The notes below the pieces were generated by a model. The model made no database searches. It saw only the letters and a program-made list of their open reading frames with translations, and was not told where the DNA came from. From the NCBI GenBank assembly GCA_000002435.2, contig CM018791.1: a DNA stretch of 64,000 nucleotides; one strand, written 5' to 3'. The stretch's first letter is position 1. Every line of letters begins with the position of its first letter. Shown in pieces: positions 20,434 to 30,759 of this stretch. A program made the translations under genes and the position numbers. This DNA comes from Giardia intestinalis (lineage: Eukaryota).

Positions 20434-21777
20434 TTAAAGTTCCGCGAGGGGAGGCAGGAGGAATGGAAACCAGAAAGGAATATGGCACCCGTTCAGAGAG
20501 GAGTCCTTAAGCACCAGTGCAAACAAGACTCTAGAGGCGTCCTGCCAGAAAACCACAAGACTATATTTAATGCTCGAAAAGTTTATAAACAAGCTTGCGC
20601 ACCCGTCCTCAATCCTCCCTCCCAGTGTCTGCTCGGTCGTCATCATTGTTGTTATAACGTCTGAAAGGCAGCAATAAAAGTCTTTGCTCAGAATATCTGG
20701 GTCACTGCAAAGTCCCATCTCCAAATAAGCTTTGATAACGCGGTAGGAGTAATTGTTTGGCTGCCTAGTGTTGGCTTCTGCGTATGCCTGTGCTGTGGAT
20801 GCAGTGCTTTTTCTTACTACTTTGCTTCTTCTTGGAGTCTTCTGGATTGAGTACCGATAGCCAGGGCTCTCTCTAGTTAATATTGGAGTGTTGAAATACA
20901 CTATATTTGTGCTCTTTTGTTCTATCGGGGGGACTTCTCCTCGTGGAGTAGCCTTGGCCAATGTTGCAGGCTCTTGAGCCACTAGTTCCGTTTGACAGAA
21001 ATAAGGCTCGTTGGAACTGGGCATAGTATCCTTATGAGTATGACACTTTAGTACAAGCAGCTGTGCAGTCCCTGTGGGACACATTACAAGCATTATGCTA
21101 CGGAGAATATACTGACCAAACCAATCTGCTAGTATGCTAGGTAAAACTGATTCAAATCTCATGAAGCGGGACTTTATGTTAGTGCTGCATTTCTGGAGCG
21201 TCTTGTCAAAAGCCGTAGTGAAGCCAGTTCCCAGGCGCCGTACAAGGGCTAGGGCATGAAAAACGTAGTCATCTGCGTGTTCCACTAATCGGTAATCATC
21301 AACAGCACTCTCTATCCTAGATGTACCATTGATGCTGGACTCGTCAAGTGTGTCGTTGGCATCAGTGGCGTATATCGACGTTTGAAAGAGTGCATCTACA
21401 TCCTTGCTGTCGCTCAATTCGTCTTTATGAAGACATCCAACAACTAACGAGAGGTGGGCCATAGGAACCCCAAACACACCGACCGCTAGAATGGAGTGTG
21501 GACAATAAGCAAAGACAACAAGCGCATCATTGGTCACATAGTAGGTGTCTTCGTAGACGTCGGCATCCATCATATTCAGGTATAGTGACCAGTAGAGCTG
21601 TGGGGCAGACACGTTGCCAAGGAGTGCATTATGATTCCTCAACGGCGAGAATGTAAATGCTCTTGCAGGGGTCAGCACAGGCTCTAACGCTTCTTCATTC
21701 TGAGGGTGATCATCGGAAAATTCCTTTGCGAAGAGAAGAGTGCCTGAAATACGGCTTATGATGTAGAAGGCCTGCAT
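20434..21777 (-). CDS. hypothetical protein (447 aa)
   Basis: Complete ORF; the N-terminus is weakly longin-like. No confident domain. Confidence 0.4.
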   Translation of the reverse strand: MQAFYIISRISGTLLFAKEFSDDHPQNEEALEPVLTPARAFTFSPLRNHNALLGNVSAPQLYWSLYLNMMDADVYEDTYYVTNDALVVFAYCPHSILAVGVFGVPMAHLSLVVGCLHKDELSDSKDVDALFQTSIYATDANDTLDESSINGTSRIESAVDDYRLVEHADDYVFHALALVRRLGTGFTTAFDKTLQKCSTNIKSRFMRFESVLPSILADWFGQYILRSIMLVMCPTGTAQLLVLKCHTHKDTMPSSNEPYFCQTELVAQEPATLAKATPRGEVPPIEQKSTNIVYFNTPILTRESPGYRYSIQKTPRRSKVVRKSTASTAQAYAEANTRQPNNYSYRVIKAYLEMGLCSDPDILSKDFYCCLSDVITTMMTTEQTLGGRIEDGCASLFINFSSIKYSLVVFWQDASRVLFALVLKDSSLNGCHIPFWFPFLLPPLAEL

Positions 21778-21993
21778 GGGCCTTAAGTGAAGGAAAAATT
21801 AAAAGGGTACGGTAGCAGGTCTGAGAGCACTGCCCCGTGACCAGTGCCAGCGCGGTATGCGCAGCACCAGCCTGGCCCGAACACTGGCTCGTCGCCACCC
21901 TTGAGGTAAGTTAAAATTACCTTCAATTTTTGACCTGCTCAATTTCGTCCCAAAAATTGCGCAGGAGAGTCCTTCAGAAGAAGGTGCAGCCAA

Positions 21994-22929
21994 ATGGCGT
22001 GGCAAATACCCGGAACTACTATGCGCTACAACCCATCGTGGGTTCAGAAGATTACCCGAGAACTTGATGAGGTATCAGATGGAGCCTTTTCTGCTTTAAC
22101 CAGCCATGTTAAGGAGCAGTTGGTATTCGAAAGGTTTCTGCTTTCATCTACTGCACATTCCATTAGCCCCGATGCGTGGCAGCACATTTCCAAGAAGCTG
22201 GGAGAGGGTGGCTGTCTGCAACTATTAGGAAACAAAAGCAATGTAGTGGACCTGCTCTCGCTGGAGGAAGGATGTGACACCATTAAGAAGACATTTGCAT
22301 CGGTCGCGTACACCACACCAATAATTGTCGAAGTAGCGTCATGCGTGCCATATTATCTCTTAGGGACCACTCTACAGACGATTGACGACCCTAACATATT
22401 CGTCTACATTGGCGGTATACGTACTAGAATGCTGCTCAGGTTGCAAAGGGCCGCACATAATGGGAGGTTTAATGCGGCGTTTCTGGCTGTGGGCGCGAAG
22501 ATCTGTGTTAAGAGGTATCAAGTTAACTCGTTCCAGACGCAAAGTCTCTTCTGCCGTCGCCCGGATTGTTCTTGGATAGATGCACATTTGACTGATTGTA
22601 TTTTAATGGGCGGATATGATCGCTGGAAGGTCACATCATTGCTTAAAAATAAGGACGTTCTTTCCTTCTTAGTAGATGAGCACTTGCTTCAGATTAATCG
22701 GCTCGTTAAGAGATGTAAGAGGGCTTTGAAGAAGGGGCATGCGGGCTCTATTGCAACATATCAAATGATCAAGAACATTGCCTTCCAGGATACCATCTCC
22801 TTTCACCCTGTTCACATTACTTTGGAAGAGTTTCAAGCACGGCTACTTTCTAACGCCGACGAATCACCCGACAAAGGGACACCCACCCCCAGCACCTATA
22901 CAGATAGCAGCACCTGTACAGTCGATTAG
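21994..22929 (+). CDS. hypothetical protein (311 aa)
   Basis: Complete ATG ORF flanked by short intergenic regions. Confidence 0.4.
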   Translation: MAWQIPGTTMRYNPSWVQKITRELDEVSDGAFSALTSHVKEQLVFERFLLSSTAHSISPDAWQHISKKLGEGGCLQLLGNKSNVVDLLSLEEGCDTIKKTFASVAYTTPIIVEVASCVPYYLLGTTLQTIDDPNIFVYIGGIRTRMLLRLQRAAHNGRFNAAFLAVGAKICVKRYQVNSFQTQSLFCRRPDCSWIDAHLTDCILMGGYDRWKVTSLLKNKDVLSFLVDEHLLQINRLVKRCKRALKKGHAGSIATYQMIKNIAFQDTISFHPVHITLEEFQARLLSNADESPDKGTPTPSTYTDSSTCTVD

Positions 22930-22947
22930 AGACACCTGCCATCACGT

Positions 22948-25305
22948 TTACATATTCTTAGGCCTATATCGCCCCGAGGCATTCATAGGAAGACCGTGTG
23001 AGCTGCTCACCTGCAGTTCTGACCCATATACACTTCCAGACGGAGACATGTAATATGAGCTGAACGAGGGAATGTGCTGCGATTGTGGTTGTGCGTGTAC
23101 ATAACTCACAGGATGCGGGCATCCTGATTGAAGGACAACAGGCTGGTACTGGCAGACCGGTTGCGGTTGCTGCACATACATTTGCTGGGGCGTGTTGGTT
23201 GCTGGATAGAACACTTGCCGAGGGGTGGAGTTGTATATAGAATTCTGTAAGAGAGAGGTATTGTGGGAAGATTGATTGTCGAGTGGAGGCGTTACATAGC
23301 TGCTCTGCTGAAATCCGGAGACATTGAGACTTGAGTTGAAAGCAGGCCTATCAATCGGGGCCTTCAGAGTAGGGGTTGCAGTTTTCCGAGGCATGTCTCC
23401 ATATTGCAGCGCCCGTAGACGTATGTCTTGGACTCCTGGGGATAGCACTCTGATTTCACTTTCTGTTGGCTGATAGTTATATGCGGGCTGGGGATAGTGC
23501 ACGGATTGTTCCTGAAGAGATGAGTTCTGCGTCGGTGTATTGGTCATGGGTGTTCCGATGTCCCTTCCGTGTCCTTTGATCATCCCCTCACGAAAAGAAC
23601 TCTGTGCATTGTGCTGATAATTTTCTCCTGCTAGTACGCCCTGAGCATTAGCGCTAGTTTTTATGTTTGTTGTTAATGTGCTGGTTGGCGGAGGAACCGA
23701 TCCGTCAACAGTAAATTCTTGTAAGTTGCCGGTTGGATGCAAGTAGCCAGTAGGTAGGCGATTGCCTGGCAGAAGGTTACCCTCGTTCAACGTGGCTCCT
23801 TGTGTGGTAACAATGCCTTCGTATGTTGGCTTTGTCACTGTAGTGACTTCCTGTCTCAAAACACTGGGCGCATCTAAGACACAAGACTCATCGACAAAGA
23901 CATCAGATGTTTGATTAGGCCTCCGTCCGCAGCACCCACCAACTGCTGTATTGCTTCGCGAGCGTGCACTGCGGCTAGCAGCCTTAGTGGATCCTTTAGA
24001 TGTGGCACGTGATGTACTCCGGGAGTTAGCTCGGGACCTCTTTTTGCGAGAAGAGGCTCTACTGTCCTCGGTGTCAGTATCTTCGGCGCCAAAGATTGTT
24101 GGATTCTTCCCTGACTTTGTCTTAGACTTGGGGGCCTTTTTGGCCGACTTCATGGATTTTCTAGATTTGCTAGTAGACGCGGTTAGCGTGCTCTCCACAT
24201 CCTCTGGATCTTTCAGCTCATCTCCGGGCTCAACCTTGCTGACCTCCATGAGGACATCTAATTGGTTGAGGACTGTGGGGACAATCCCCGTCCCTCCGCA
24301 TTGCTGGCAGTCGCAACCAGTCCCATTGCATGCTGGACAAGGTGCGCTGCCAGCTATCTGTTGCTGAGTTTCAGTTGCACAGTTGAAGTGAAGGGTCCCG
24401 GCGTTCTCTGTGGCTTCCTTGGTGTCGACATTGACGCCAACGTCGAGGTAACCTCTATACATCTGCCACATTCGTTCAACAGTTGGATGCTGTAAAATCT
24501 GAAGTGCAGAGGGGCGCCTGTCTGGAGAGTACTCAAGCATAGCAGAGACTATCTTACCCAGCTCCTCTGTATATCCTGGAAGCATGTAAGGACCAATATT
24601 TGTCCGTAGTTCTCGCAGAACCTCTGGAGCGTCTACTCCTTTGAATAGAGGCTCTCCAACACATACTTCGTAGATGGTGCACCCAAGGGCCCAGATATCA
24701 GCTTTTTCGTCGTATGCACGATTAGAGAGCATCTCGGGAGACATGTAGTTGGCCACTCCAATGCGTGTTGCTGCTACAGCCTTCCTTCCGAGAGGTTCGG
24801 CCATGCTGAATCCCCCTAAGACTACAGTGCCATCGTCTTTCAAGTAAACGGAGTCTGGATTGACATTTCGATGTAGGACGACTCCCAATTCCGGAAAGTA
24901 GGACTTGTCAGGTGTGTGACAGAAGGAGAGCACATCTGCTAGCTGCGCAATGATCATCCAGACGCTATCCTCGTCCATCCTCATGCCCTTCTCGCGCCTG
25001 GCTTTGCAATAAGCAGAAAGATTGCTGTGCTTAAAGTAGTCCGCTACTACGTACAGTATTTGAGACGCCTCATCATGTAGAATTTCATAGTATTTGATAA
25101 TGTTTGGATGCTCTAACTGGCGCGTAAGTTGAACCTCCCGTTCCACGATGGGCTGGATCTCAACAGCGACGTTGCCATAATCAATCTTCTTGCACGCAAA
25201 AAGGCCATTTGTGTTTAGATCCCTCGCCAGATACACACGGCTGTGAGATCCAACGCCTATCTGCTCTGTTAACTCATAGCGATCCGAAAGAACAATCCTG
25301 CTCAT
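22948..25305 (-). CDS. NEK-family protein kinase-like protein with internal CxxC zinc-ribbon-like motif and Q/P/Y-rich tail (785 aa)
   Basis: IGVGSHSRVYLA, ACKKI, VLHRNVNPDSV (HRD to HRN), LGGFSMAE (DFG to GFS), YMSPEML, DIWALGCTIYE. Insert CPACNGTGCDCQQCGGTGIV. K/S/R-rich block and Q/P/Y/N-rich C-terminus. Confidence 0.7.
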   Translation of the reverse strand: MSRIVLSDRYELTEQIGVGSHSRVYLARDLNTNGLFACKKIDYGNVAVEIQPIVEREVQLTRQLEHPNIIKYYEILHDEASQILYVVADYFKHSNLSAYCKARREKGMRMDEDSVWMIIAQLADVLSFCHTPDKSYFPELGVVLHRNVNPDSVYLKDDGTVVLGGFSMAEPLGRKAVAATRIGVANYMSPEMLSNRAYDEKADIWALGCTIYEVCVGEPLFKGVDAPEVLRELRTNIGPYMLPGYTEELGKIVSAMLEYSPDRRPSALQILQHPTVERMWQMYRGYLDVGVNVDTKEATENAGTLHFNCATETQQQIAGSAPCPACNGTGCDCQQCGGTGIVPTVLNQLDVLMEVSKVEPGDELKDPEDVESTLTASTSKSRKSMKSAKKAPKSKTKSGKNPTIFGAEDTDTEDSRASSRKKRSRANSRSTSRATSKGSTKAASRSARSRSNTAVGGCCGRRPNQTSDVFVDESCVLDAPSVLRQEVTTVTKPTYEGIVTTQGATLNEGNLLPGNRLPTGYLHPTGNLQEFTVDGSVPPPTSTLTTNIKTSANAQGVLAGENYQHNAQSSFREGMIKGHGRDIGTPMTNTPTQNSSLQEQSVHYPQPAYNYQPTESEIRVLSPGVQDIRLRALQYGDMPRKTATPTLKAPIDRPAFNSSLNVSGFQQSSYVTPPLDNQSSHNTSLLQNSIYNSTPRQVFYPATNTPQQMYVQQPQPVCQYQPVVLQSGCPHPVSYVHAQPQSQHIPSFSSYYMSPSGSVYGSELQVSSSHGLPMNASGRYRPKNM

Positions 25306-25338
25306 ATCCTTGTCTCGCTCAAATTTTGGCAGGACTTT

Positions 25339-27819
25339 TTGAACAATATTCTAGTACAAAAATCACTAAATCGCCGCAATGTGAAATTCTTCCACTACTA
25401 TTTTTCCACTACTTGTGTATCGCCTTCGCCTTGGGTCCTCGTACGGCCTTTTGTCTTTATGAGAGGCCAGCCCTCATTGCCTTCTCAGCAGCACCATGAG
25501 CCTTCTGGAGGTCTTGTGGCTAGCGGGACGCAAGTCTCCGAAGAGGTAGCTAAGCAAGTCGGCCCATCGGTAGACATAGCTATGTTATTCCGCAGCAATC
25601 CGACAGACGTCGATGCTCTCCTGGCGCGTGTCATCCAGCTTATGAATGCAAACGAAATGCTAACACTATTTTCTCTCCTGAAGTACTACATATCCCTTGT
25701 TGAGAATCGAACCGAGATTCCTCTATTGGCCGTCCTCAGCCTGGCCCGAGCTTATTCAAGCATCGACGAACACAAGCTAGCGGTTGAAATCCTTCAGCTC
25801 TATCTCGAAGACGACGCCTACGTTACGGCACGCGCTAAAATCGAGGGCTATGAGACCCCCTTCTCATGTAAAATGGTTCTTCTCCTGCCATTTGTAATCG
25901 AAACGCACCTCCTCTATAGCATGAGTTCTCCTCTCGTCTATGCAAGCTCGATCTTTGAAGCCAACGATCGGGTTTATATGGAGAAATTCTCGATTTTGTT
26001 TCTATGCATTACAGACATCTTCAAGTTATACGCGGATGCAGACACGCTGCTGGAAACAGACACCCTTTTTGCGCGAGTTGTTACTGACGTAGCAACTGTT
26101 CACAACGTTTTGACAATCAAAATATCTGCTACTCTGGGTCAATCTGAACCCACCAAAGATCCGGATTGTCTTCGCCAAAAAATATATGTGCTCAGGAAAC
26201 ACCTTGGTATTCTTATCCCTATGATAAATGCGTCCGCCTTCAGCTCTATCTCTCTAATCGCTAAGTGCATTCTCTGCTTTATTGAGCTTATCGGAGACTA
26301 TCGTCTTATTTTAAGGGAAGGTTTGGCAGAGTTGATCTTCGGTAAGGGAACCTCTCAGAAGGTGCAGGAAGAGCTTACTCAACTTATCAAGAAGTCCCAC
26401 ATATTGGTACTCAAATCGATGACCCTATATGCTGAGCAGCAAGTAACTACTGCAGTTATAGCATCTGATCCTGCGGAATCGGCGCATGATGCCTCCTTTT
26501 CAGCAACAGACGCCAGGGAGACCATCGTGGTTACTACCCCGCGTGTGTGCATGCAGGATGATAGTACCACGTCTTCCTGCACTCCCACTCGTTCTATAGA
26601 CGGTGTCTCCAAAATCAAGGAGCTTCTGTCTGGTCCTTCACGGCCCCTTTCCTCTGTGCAGACTCTTGGCCCGAGCGGTACCAACGGCTTTACAGAATTC
26701 AGCAAGCCCCGTGTGCTTCCAACCGTGAACCCACACATACAGTTGCGTTCATTCTTTATCGGGCATGAGGTACTTGACATTCACACTCCTAGGATAAAGG
26801 AAAGCAACGATAAACTTACTACCGCTAAAGGAAGAGACTCTACTTGGACCGCAAGCACCTGTACCAGTGGCATTGATGAGTTATCAGGTTCTCATGCAGA
26901 GCCGAGCACACAGATGAAAGCCCAGCGTGCGCTGGACATCTGGTATGAGAAGACACTTCAGTCTAGGATCACCTTCCAGATGTTGCTGAACCTAGCAAAC
27001 GTCCTTAAAATAAGCCAGTTTAACACAATATCAGAGTACGACGAGATCGTCTATTTTATGTCTGTTATCCTCAGCGACTTTGAAAGTCACATCACTAGTA
27101 CTCGAAAGCTTGCTGATTTCCTTGTTCTTGTCTTTGAAATAATTCGGATGCTGATAGGAATAAGCGATCAGTTGGTCCGAAAGTATAGCACTGTGGCCTA
27201 CATTCTCTACTCTTATGCCATTAAGGTCTCCACCGTGTACTGTGACATTGAGCGAAAGGTAGCTCTTCGATTTAATATGGATGAGCAATACAAGGCTTAC
27301 ACAGGACCCTTGCAGGAAATTCTAAGGGAGCTTTCCATCATATTACCCTCTCAGAAGCTTAAGGCGCGTTATAGTATAGACATTGCTTATGAAAACGGGG
27401 ACATGTTCTTCCTTGAGATTCTAGATGGTAACTTGACCCGAGCATTATGTTTTGAGCATGACTATTCCATTTCGGAGCTGTCCCGTTTGGCAGCGCGTCG
27501 TATAGCCATCATCGAGTTCACATTGAGCCTAGCGTTGTTTAATGCAAGGCTCTATCTGGATGCCGCCCTCTGGCTCGAGCGCGCAACCTTGCACTGCAAT
27601 CAGCTAGAGGAAGCGTGGATCTTGCTTGCTCGAACATACCTGAATATAGGAGAGCGGGAAAAGAGTATTCAGGCTGCGTCCGTGTGCTATCGTCTCAACC
27701 CATCTAATTCGCAGGCAAAACGATATTGCGAGAGCGCGCTTCCAGAAATAGGGATTCATATAGAGCTAGCGGTCTCCTCCTCTTGTGAACCAGGGGTCCA
27801 CATAAAGGATGTTAGTTGA
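25339..27819 (+). CDS. hypothetical protein (826 aa), TPR-like C-terminus
   Basis: Long ORF. C-terminal LARTYLNIGEREKSIQAASVCYRLNPSNSQAKRYCE is TPR-like. Confidence 0.45.
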   Translation: MNNILVQKSLNRRNVKFFHYYFSTTCVSPSPWVLVRPFVFMRGQPSLPSQQHHEPSGGLVASGTQVSEEVAKQVGPSVDIAMLFRSNPTDVDALLARVIQLMNANEMLTLFSLLKYYISLVENRTEIPLLAVLSLARAYSSIDEHKLAVEILQLYLEDDAYVTARAKIEGYETPFSCKMVLLLPFVIETHLLYSMSSPLVYASSIFEANDRVYMEKFSILFLCITDIFKLYADADTLLETDTLFARVVTDVATVHNVLTIKISATLGQSEPTKDPDCLRQKIYVLRKHLGILIPMINASAFSSISLIAKCILCFIELIGDYRLILREGLAELIFGKGTSQKVQEELTQLIKKSHILVLKSMTLYAEQQVTTAVIASDPAESAHDASFSATDARETIVVTTPRVCMQDDSTTSSCTPTRSIDGVSKIKELLSGPSRPLSSVQTLGPSGTNGFTEFSKPRVLPTVNPHIQLRSFFIGHEVLDIHTPRIKESNDKLTTAKGRDSTWTASTCTSGIDELSGSHAEPSTQMKAQRALDIWYEKTLQSRITFQMLLNLANVLKISQFNTISEYDEIVYFMSVILSDFESHITSTRKLADFLVLVFEIIRMLIGISDQLVRKYSTVAYILYSYAIKVSTVYCDIERKVALRFNMDEQYKAYTGPLQEILRELSIILPSQKLKARYSIDIAYENGDMFFLEILDGNLTRALCFEHDYSISELSRLAARRIAIIEFTLSLALFNARLYLDAALWLERATLHCNQLEEAWILLARTYLNIGEREKSIQAASVCYRLNPSNSQAKRYCESALPEIGIHIELAVSSSCEPGVHIKDVS

Positions 27820-27907
27820 GAAGTGAGCGACACTATTTCAACCAACAATTCAAAAATGAATTCAAGTGTGTATTTATTGGGTTTCTTGGAATTAAGTTTC
27901 GGACTCC

Positions 27908-29473
27908 ATGGCGCCCTACAATGTCTTTGACCTTACCACAATTTCTCAGGCCGTCCTCCAGGCAGAGTACGCGGTTCGTGGGACGGTCCCTCTGCGTGCG
28001 ATAGAGATAGAGGACGAGCTGAAGACCCCCGACGGAGCCAAAAAGTACCCCTTTAACCGTATCATCTACAGCAACATCGGGAACCCGATGGTTATGGGGC
28101 TTAAGTATTCCACATTTCTCCGAAATCTGCTCGCCTTGGTGACGGCCCCGCATGTCCTCTCAAAGCCAGACACCGAAATTTGCGCCCTGTTGAACTGCAA
28201 CCAAGAGTGTGTGGATCGCGCCAGAGCGTTCGTGAAGGAGAATCCGTCTGGTGTTGGGGCATACACCCACTCACAAGGGTACTTGTCTGTCCGCAAGGAG
28301 GTTGCGGCGTTTATCCAGCAGCGGGACGGCTTCCCGTCTGATCCCTCAAACATTTATCTCTCCGACGGGGCGTCTGTTAGCGTGAAGACTATCCTGCAGC
28401 TTCTGGCTGGTCCCAACCCCGGAGATGGTGCCTTTCTTCTTCCAATCCCGCAGTACCCCCTGTACAGTGCCGCCATCGCCCTTAATAATGCAGTCGCCGT
28501 GAAATACTACCTCTTGGAAGACGACGGTTGGTCCATTGATCTCAAGAGTCTTCGAGAGGCCATCGAGACACATAGGAAGACGGCCAAGTCGACAATCAGG
28601 GCACTTATTCTGGTGAACCCTGGTAACCCTTCCGGGTCTGTTTTCTCGAGAGAGACGCTACGGGCTGCGATCGATATCTGCGACGAATATGGGATTTCCA
28701 TAATGAGCGACGAGGTCTATCAGCTCAACACCTATGCAGAGGCGCCAGGGAAGCAGAGGCCTGTCTTCCACTCGATGAAAAAGGTGCTCTGCGAGTGGGA
28801 AAAGGATAAAGGAAGAAAGGGACCTGCTCTCTTCAGCTTCCATTCGGTCTCAAAGGGACTCCTTGGTGAGTGTGGGCTTCGAGGAGGGTACCTGGAGTGC
28901 TACAATGTTCCGAAAGAGATCACAGCGCAAATCTATAAGTGCTTTAGCGTGTGTCTCTGCAGCAACACAATAGGCCAGGTTGTTGTCTCCTATATGGTCA
29001 ATCCTCCAAAGAGCGACGACGAGGACAAGAAACACTTGAAGACAGTTTTCGAGTCCATGGAGCGCAAGGCACAGATACTCACAGAGGGTCTGAACAAGGT
29101 ACCGTATATGACATGCGAGGTGGTTTCCGGGGCCATGTATGCATTCCCTAGACTTTACCTCCCCAAGAGGTTTGTAGAGGAGGCAGAAGCAGGGAAGATG
29201 GCAGCGGACACTCTCTACTGTCTCAAACTCCTTGAAACGACGGGTGTGTGCGGAGTCCCTGGAAACGGGTTCCAGCAACGTGAGAACACATTCCACATGC
29301 GCATCACAATCTTGGAGGATGAGAAGTTCTTCCACGAGTTTGTGGAGAAGATATCGACGTTCCATAAAGATCTTTGGAAGAAGTATGGGTCAGACAGTGA
29401 ACGTGCAGCCTACCGCAAAGAGATAGAGGAGCGCTTTGCTACTATGAGGAAGGCCTGTCATGCGGAGTGGTAG
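27908..29473 (+). CDS. Alanine aminotransferase (521 aa)
   Basis: Class I aminotransferase, ALT subfamily: LVNPGNPSGSVFSRETL, FHSVSKGLLGECGLRGGYLECYNVPKEITAQIYKCFSVCLCSNTIGQ (cf. SVSKGYMGECGFRGGY...SVRLCPPVPGQ in ALT), YAFPRLYLP. Confidence 0.85.
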   Translation: MAPYNVFDLTTISQAVLQAEYAVRGTVPLRAIEIEDELKTPDGAKKYPFNRIIYSNIGNPMVMGLKYSTFLRNLLALVTAPHVLSKPDTEICALLNCNQECVDRARAFVKENPSGVGAYTHSQGYLSVRKEVAAFIQQRDGFPSDPSNIYLSDGASVSVKTILQLLAGPNPGDGAFLLPIPQYPLYSAAIALNNAVAVKYYLLEDDGWSIDLKSLREAIETHRKTAKSTIRALILVNPGNPSGSVFSRETLRAAIDICDEYGISIMSDEVYQLNTYAEAPGKQRPVFHSMKKVLCEWEKDKGRKGPALFSFHSVSKGLLGECGLRGGYLECYNVPKEITAQIYKCFSVCLCSNTIGQVVVSYMVNPPKSDDEDKKHLKTVFESMERKAQILTEGLNKVPYMTCEVVSGAMYAFPRLYLPKRFVEEAEAGKMAADTLYCLKLLETTGVCGVPGNGFQQRENTFHMRITILEDEKFFHEFVEKISTFHKDLWKKYGSDSERAAYRKEIEERFATMRKACHAEW

Positions 29474-29530
29474 GCGAGGATAATCGGTATACTGAGTGGA
29501 GTGAATGCTTTGGATTTACTAGTCACTAAA

Positions 29531-30574
29531 TCATCCTGTTGTCTGCTGGTAGCGATCGAGGATGTGGCGTGAGACAGTATAATACGCCTCTATCAAGCGT
29601 GCGCAATTCTCTGTGCAGACAACACTCAGATTGAAATAGAGCTCCTGTCCTTGTGGCATGGAAAAGTAGAGCGATAAATAATCTGAGTAATAGAAAAGTC
29701 GCCGCAGGCTTGGCACAGGGATAGATTCAATAATCTGCATGCTATCCCTACTGGCCAAACAGATGTACTCCCGAGTCAATAATAGATAACAATAGATAGA
29801 CTTTGCTGTATCCGGCCTGTCCACCATCTTAACTGTCTGGCCTCCACCTTTATTAATCAAATCACCAATCCAGACGGCCGGAATTGATAGCGAATCATAG
29901 AGCGCCAACTTCGAGAAACAGTACAGAAAGTCTGATAATATTGCCTCCTGCGATGAATACTTGAGAAGAGACCTAGCATCCCTATAAATTTCTTGCATTG
30001 CAGACTCAGTAAGAGCCTCGGGGTCCCAGGCAGTCTGCTCCAAAGCCTGGGATACTTCGAGGGGGATTATATGCTGATTCAGCTCAAGTATTAGTGCACC
30101 ATACTTGACTGCGATAAAGTAGCAGCAAAGATCAGAGGTGTTCTCAAGAAGACGGTCGCTGTGAGCAAGAACATGGCCCCGATGAATCTTGTCCAATGCG
30201 TGGTGAATGAGCATTCCCTTGTATACGGCAGAACACTCCGAATAATAGTCTGGGATGCTGCACTTTGCCCTCAGCTTGGAGTCCTCTACTACAGCACGAA
30301 CACCACTCACATCTGGGACGATAAGGGTAAATAGAAGACACTTAATGAGTTTGTTTCTTGGAGAGTAGATATCCACAAGCATAGTGTCTTCACTTACGAA
30401 GATGTCAAGACCCTGTGCGCTAATCTGAAAGAATCCGCAGGTAGCTGCCTCCAGAGGCCGCAAGCAGAGGCGGGCAACCACAGCTGCTTTGAGATCTCTG
30501 ACTAGCATACTTTGCGTTGCTGGGACAGTCAAGTGGCTCCCATCGAGCATATGGACAGTGACAGCGACATCCAT
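29531..30574 (-). CDS. hypothetical protein (347 aa)
   Basis: Complete ORF. N-terminal ~80 aa are ubiquitin-like/RA-like by pattern only. Confidence 0.4.
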   Translation of the reverse strand: MDVAVTVHMLDGSHLTVPATQSMLVRDLKAAVVARLCLRPLEAATCGFFQISAQGLDIFVSEDTMLVDIYSPRNKLIKCLLFTLIVPDVSGVRAVVEDSKLRAKCSIPDYYSECSAVYKGMLIHHALDKIHRGHVLAHSDRLLENTSDLCCYFIAVKYGALILELNQHIIPLEVSQALEQTAWDPEALTESAMQEIYRDARSLLKYSSQEAILSDFLYCFSKLALYDSLSIPAVWIGDLINKGGGQTVKMVDRPDTAKSIYCYLLLTREYICLASRDSMQIIESIPVPSLRRLFYYSDYLSLYFSMPQGQELYFNLSVVCTENCARLIEAYYTVSRHILDRYQQTTG

Positions 30575-30759
30575 GCATGGGAGTCCGAGCTTATGCTTTT
30601 TATTAAACGTACAGATATCGACCTCTGCTCCTCTTTCCAGTACTCTATGCAGCTAGTTTTCATTGTCTACATAGTCATTGCTTTATATATGATTTCACAG
30701 AACAATTTACCGGATATTCGGGACACAAGTCGATGGATCGGATACAGGCCAAATAGGAT

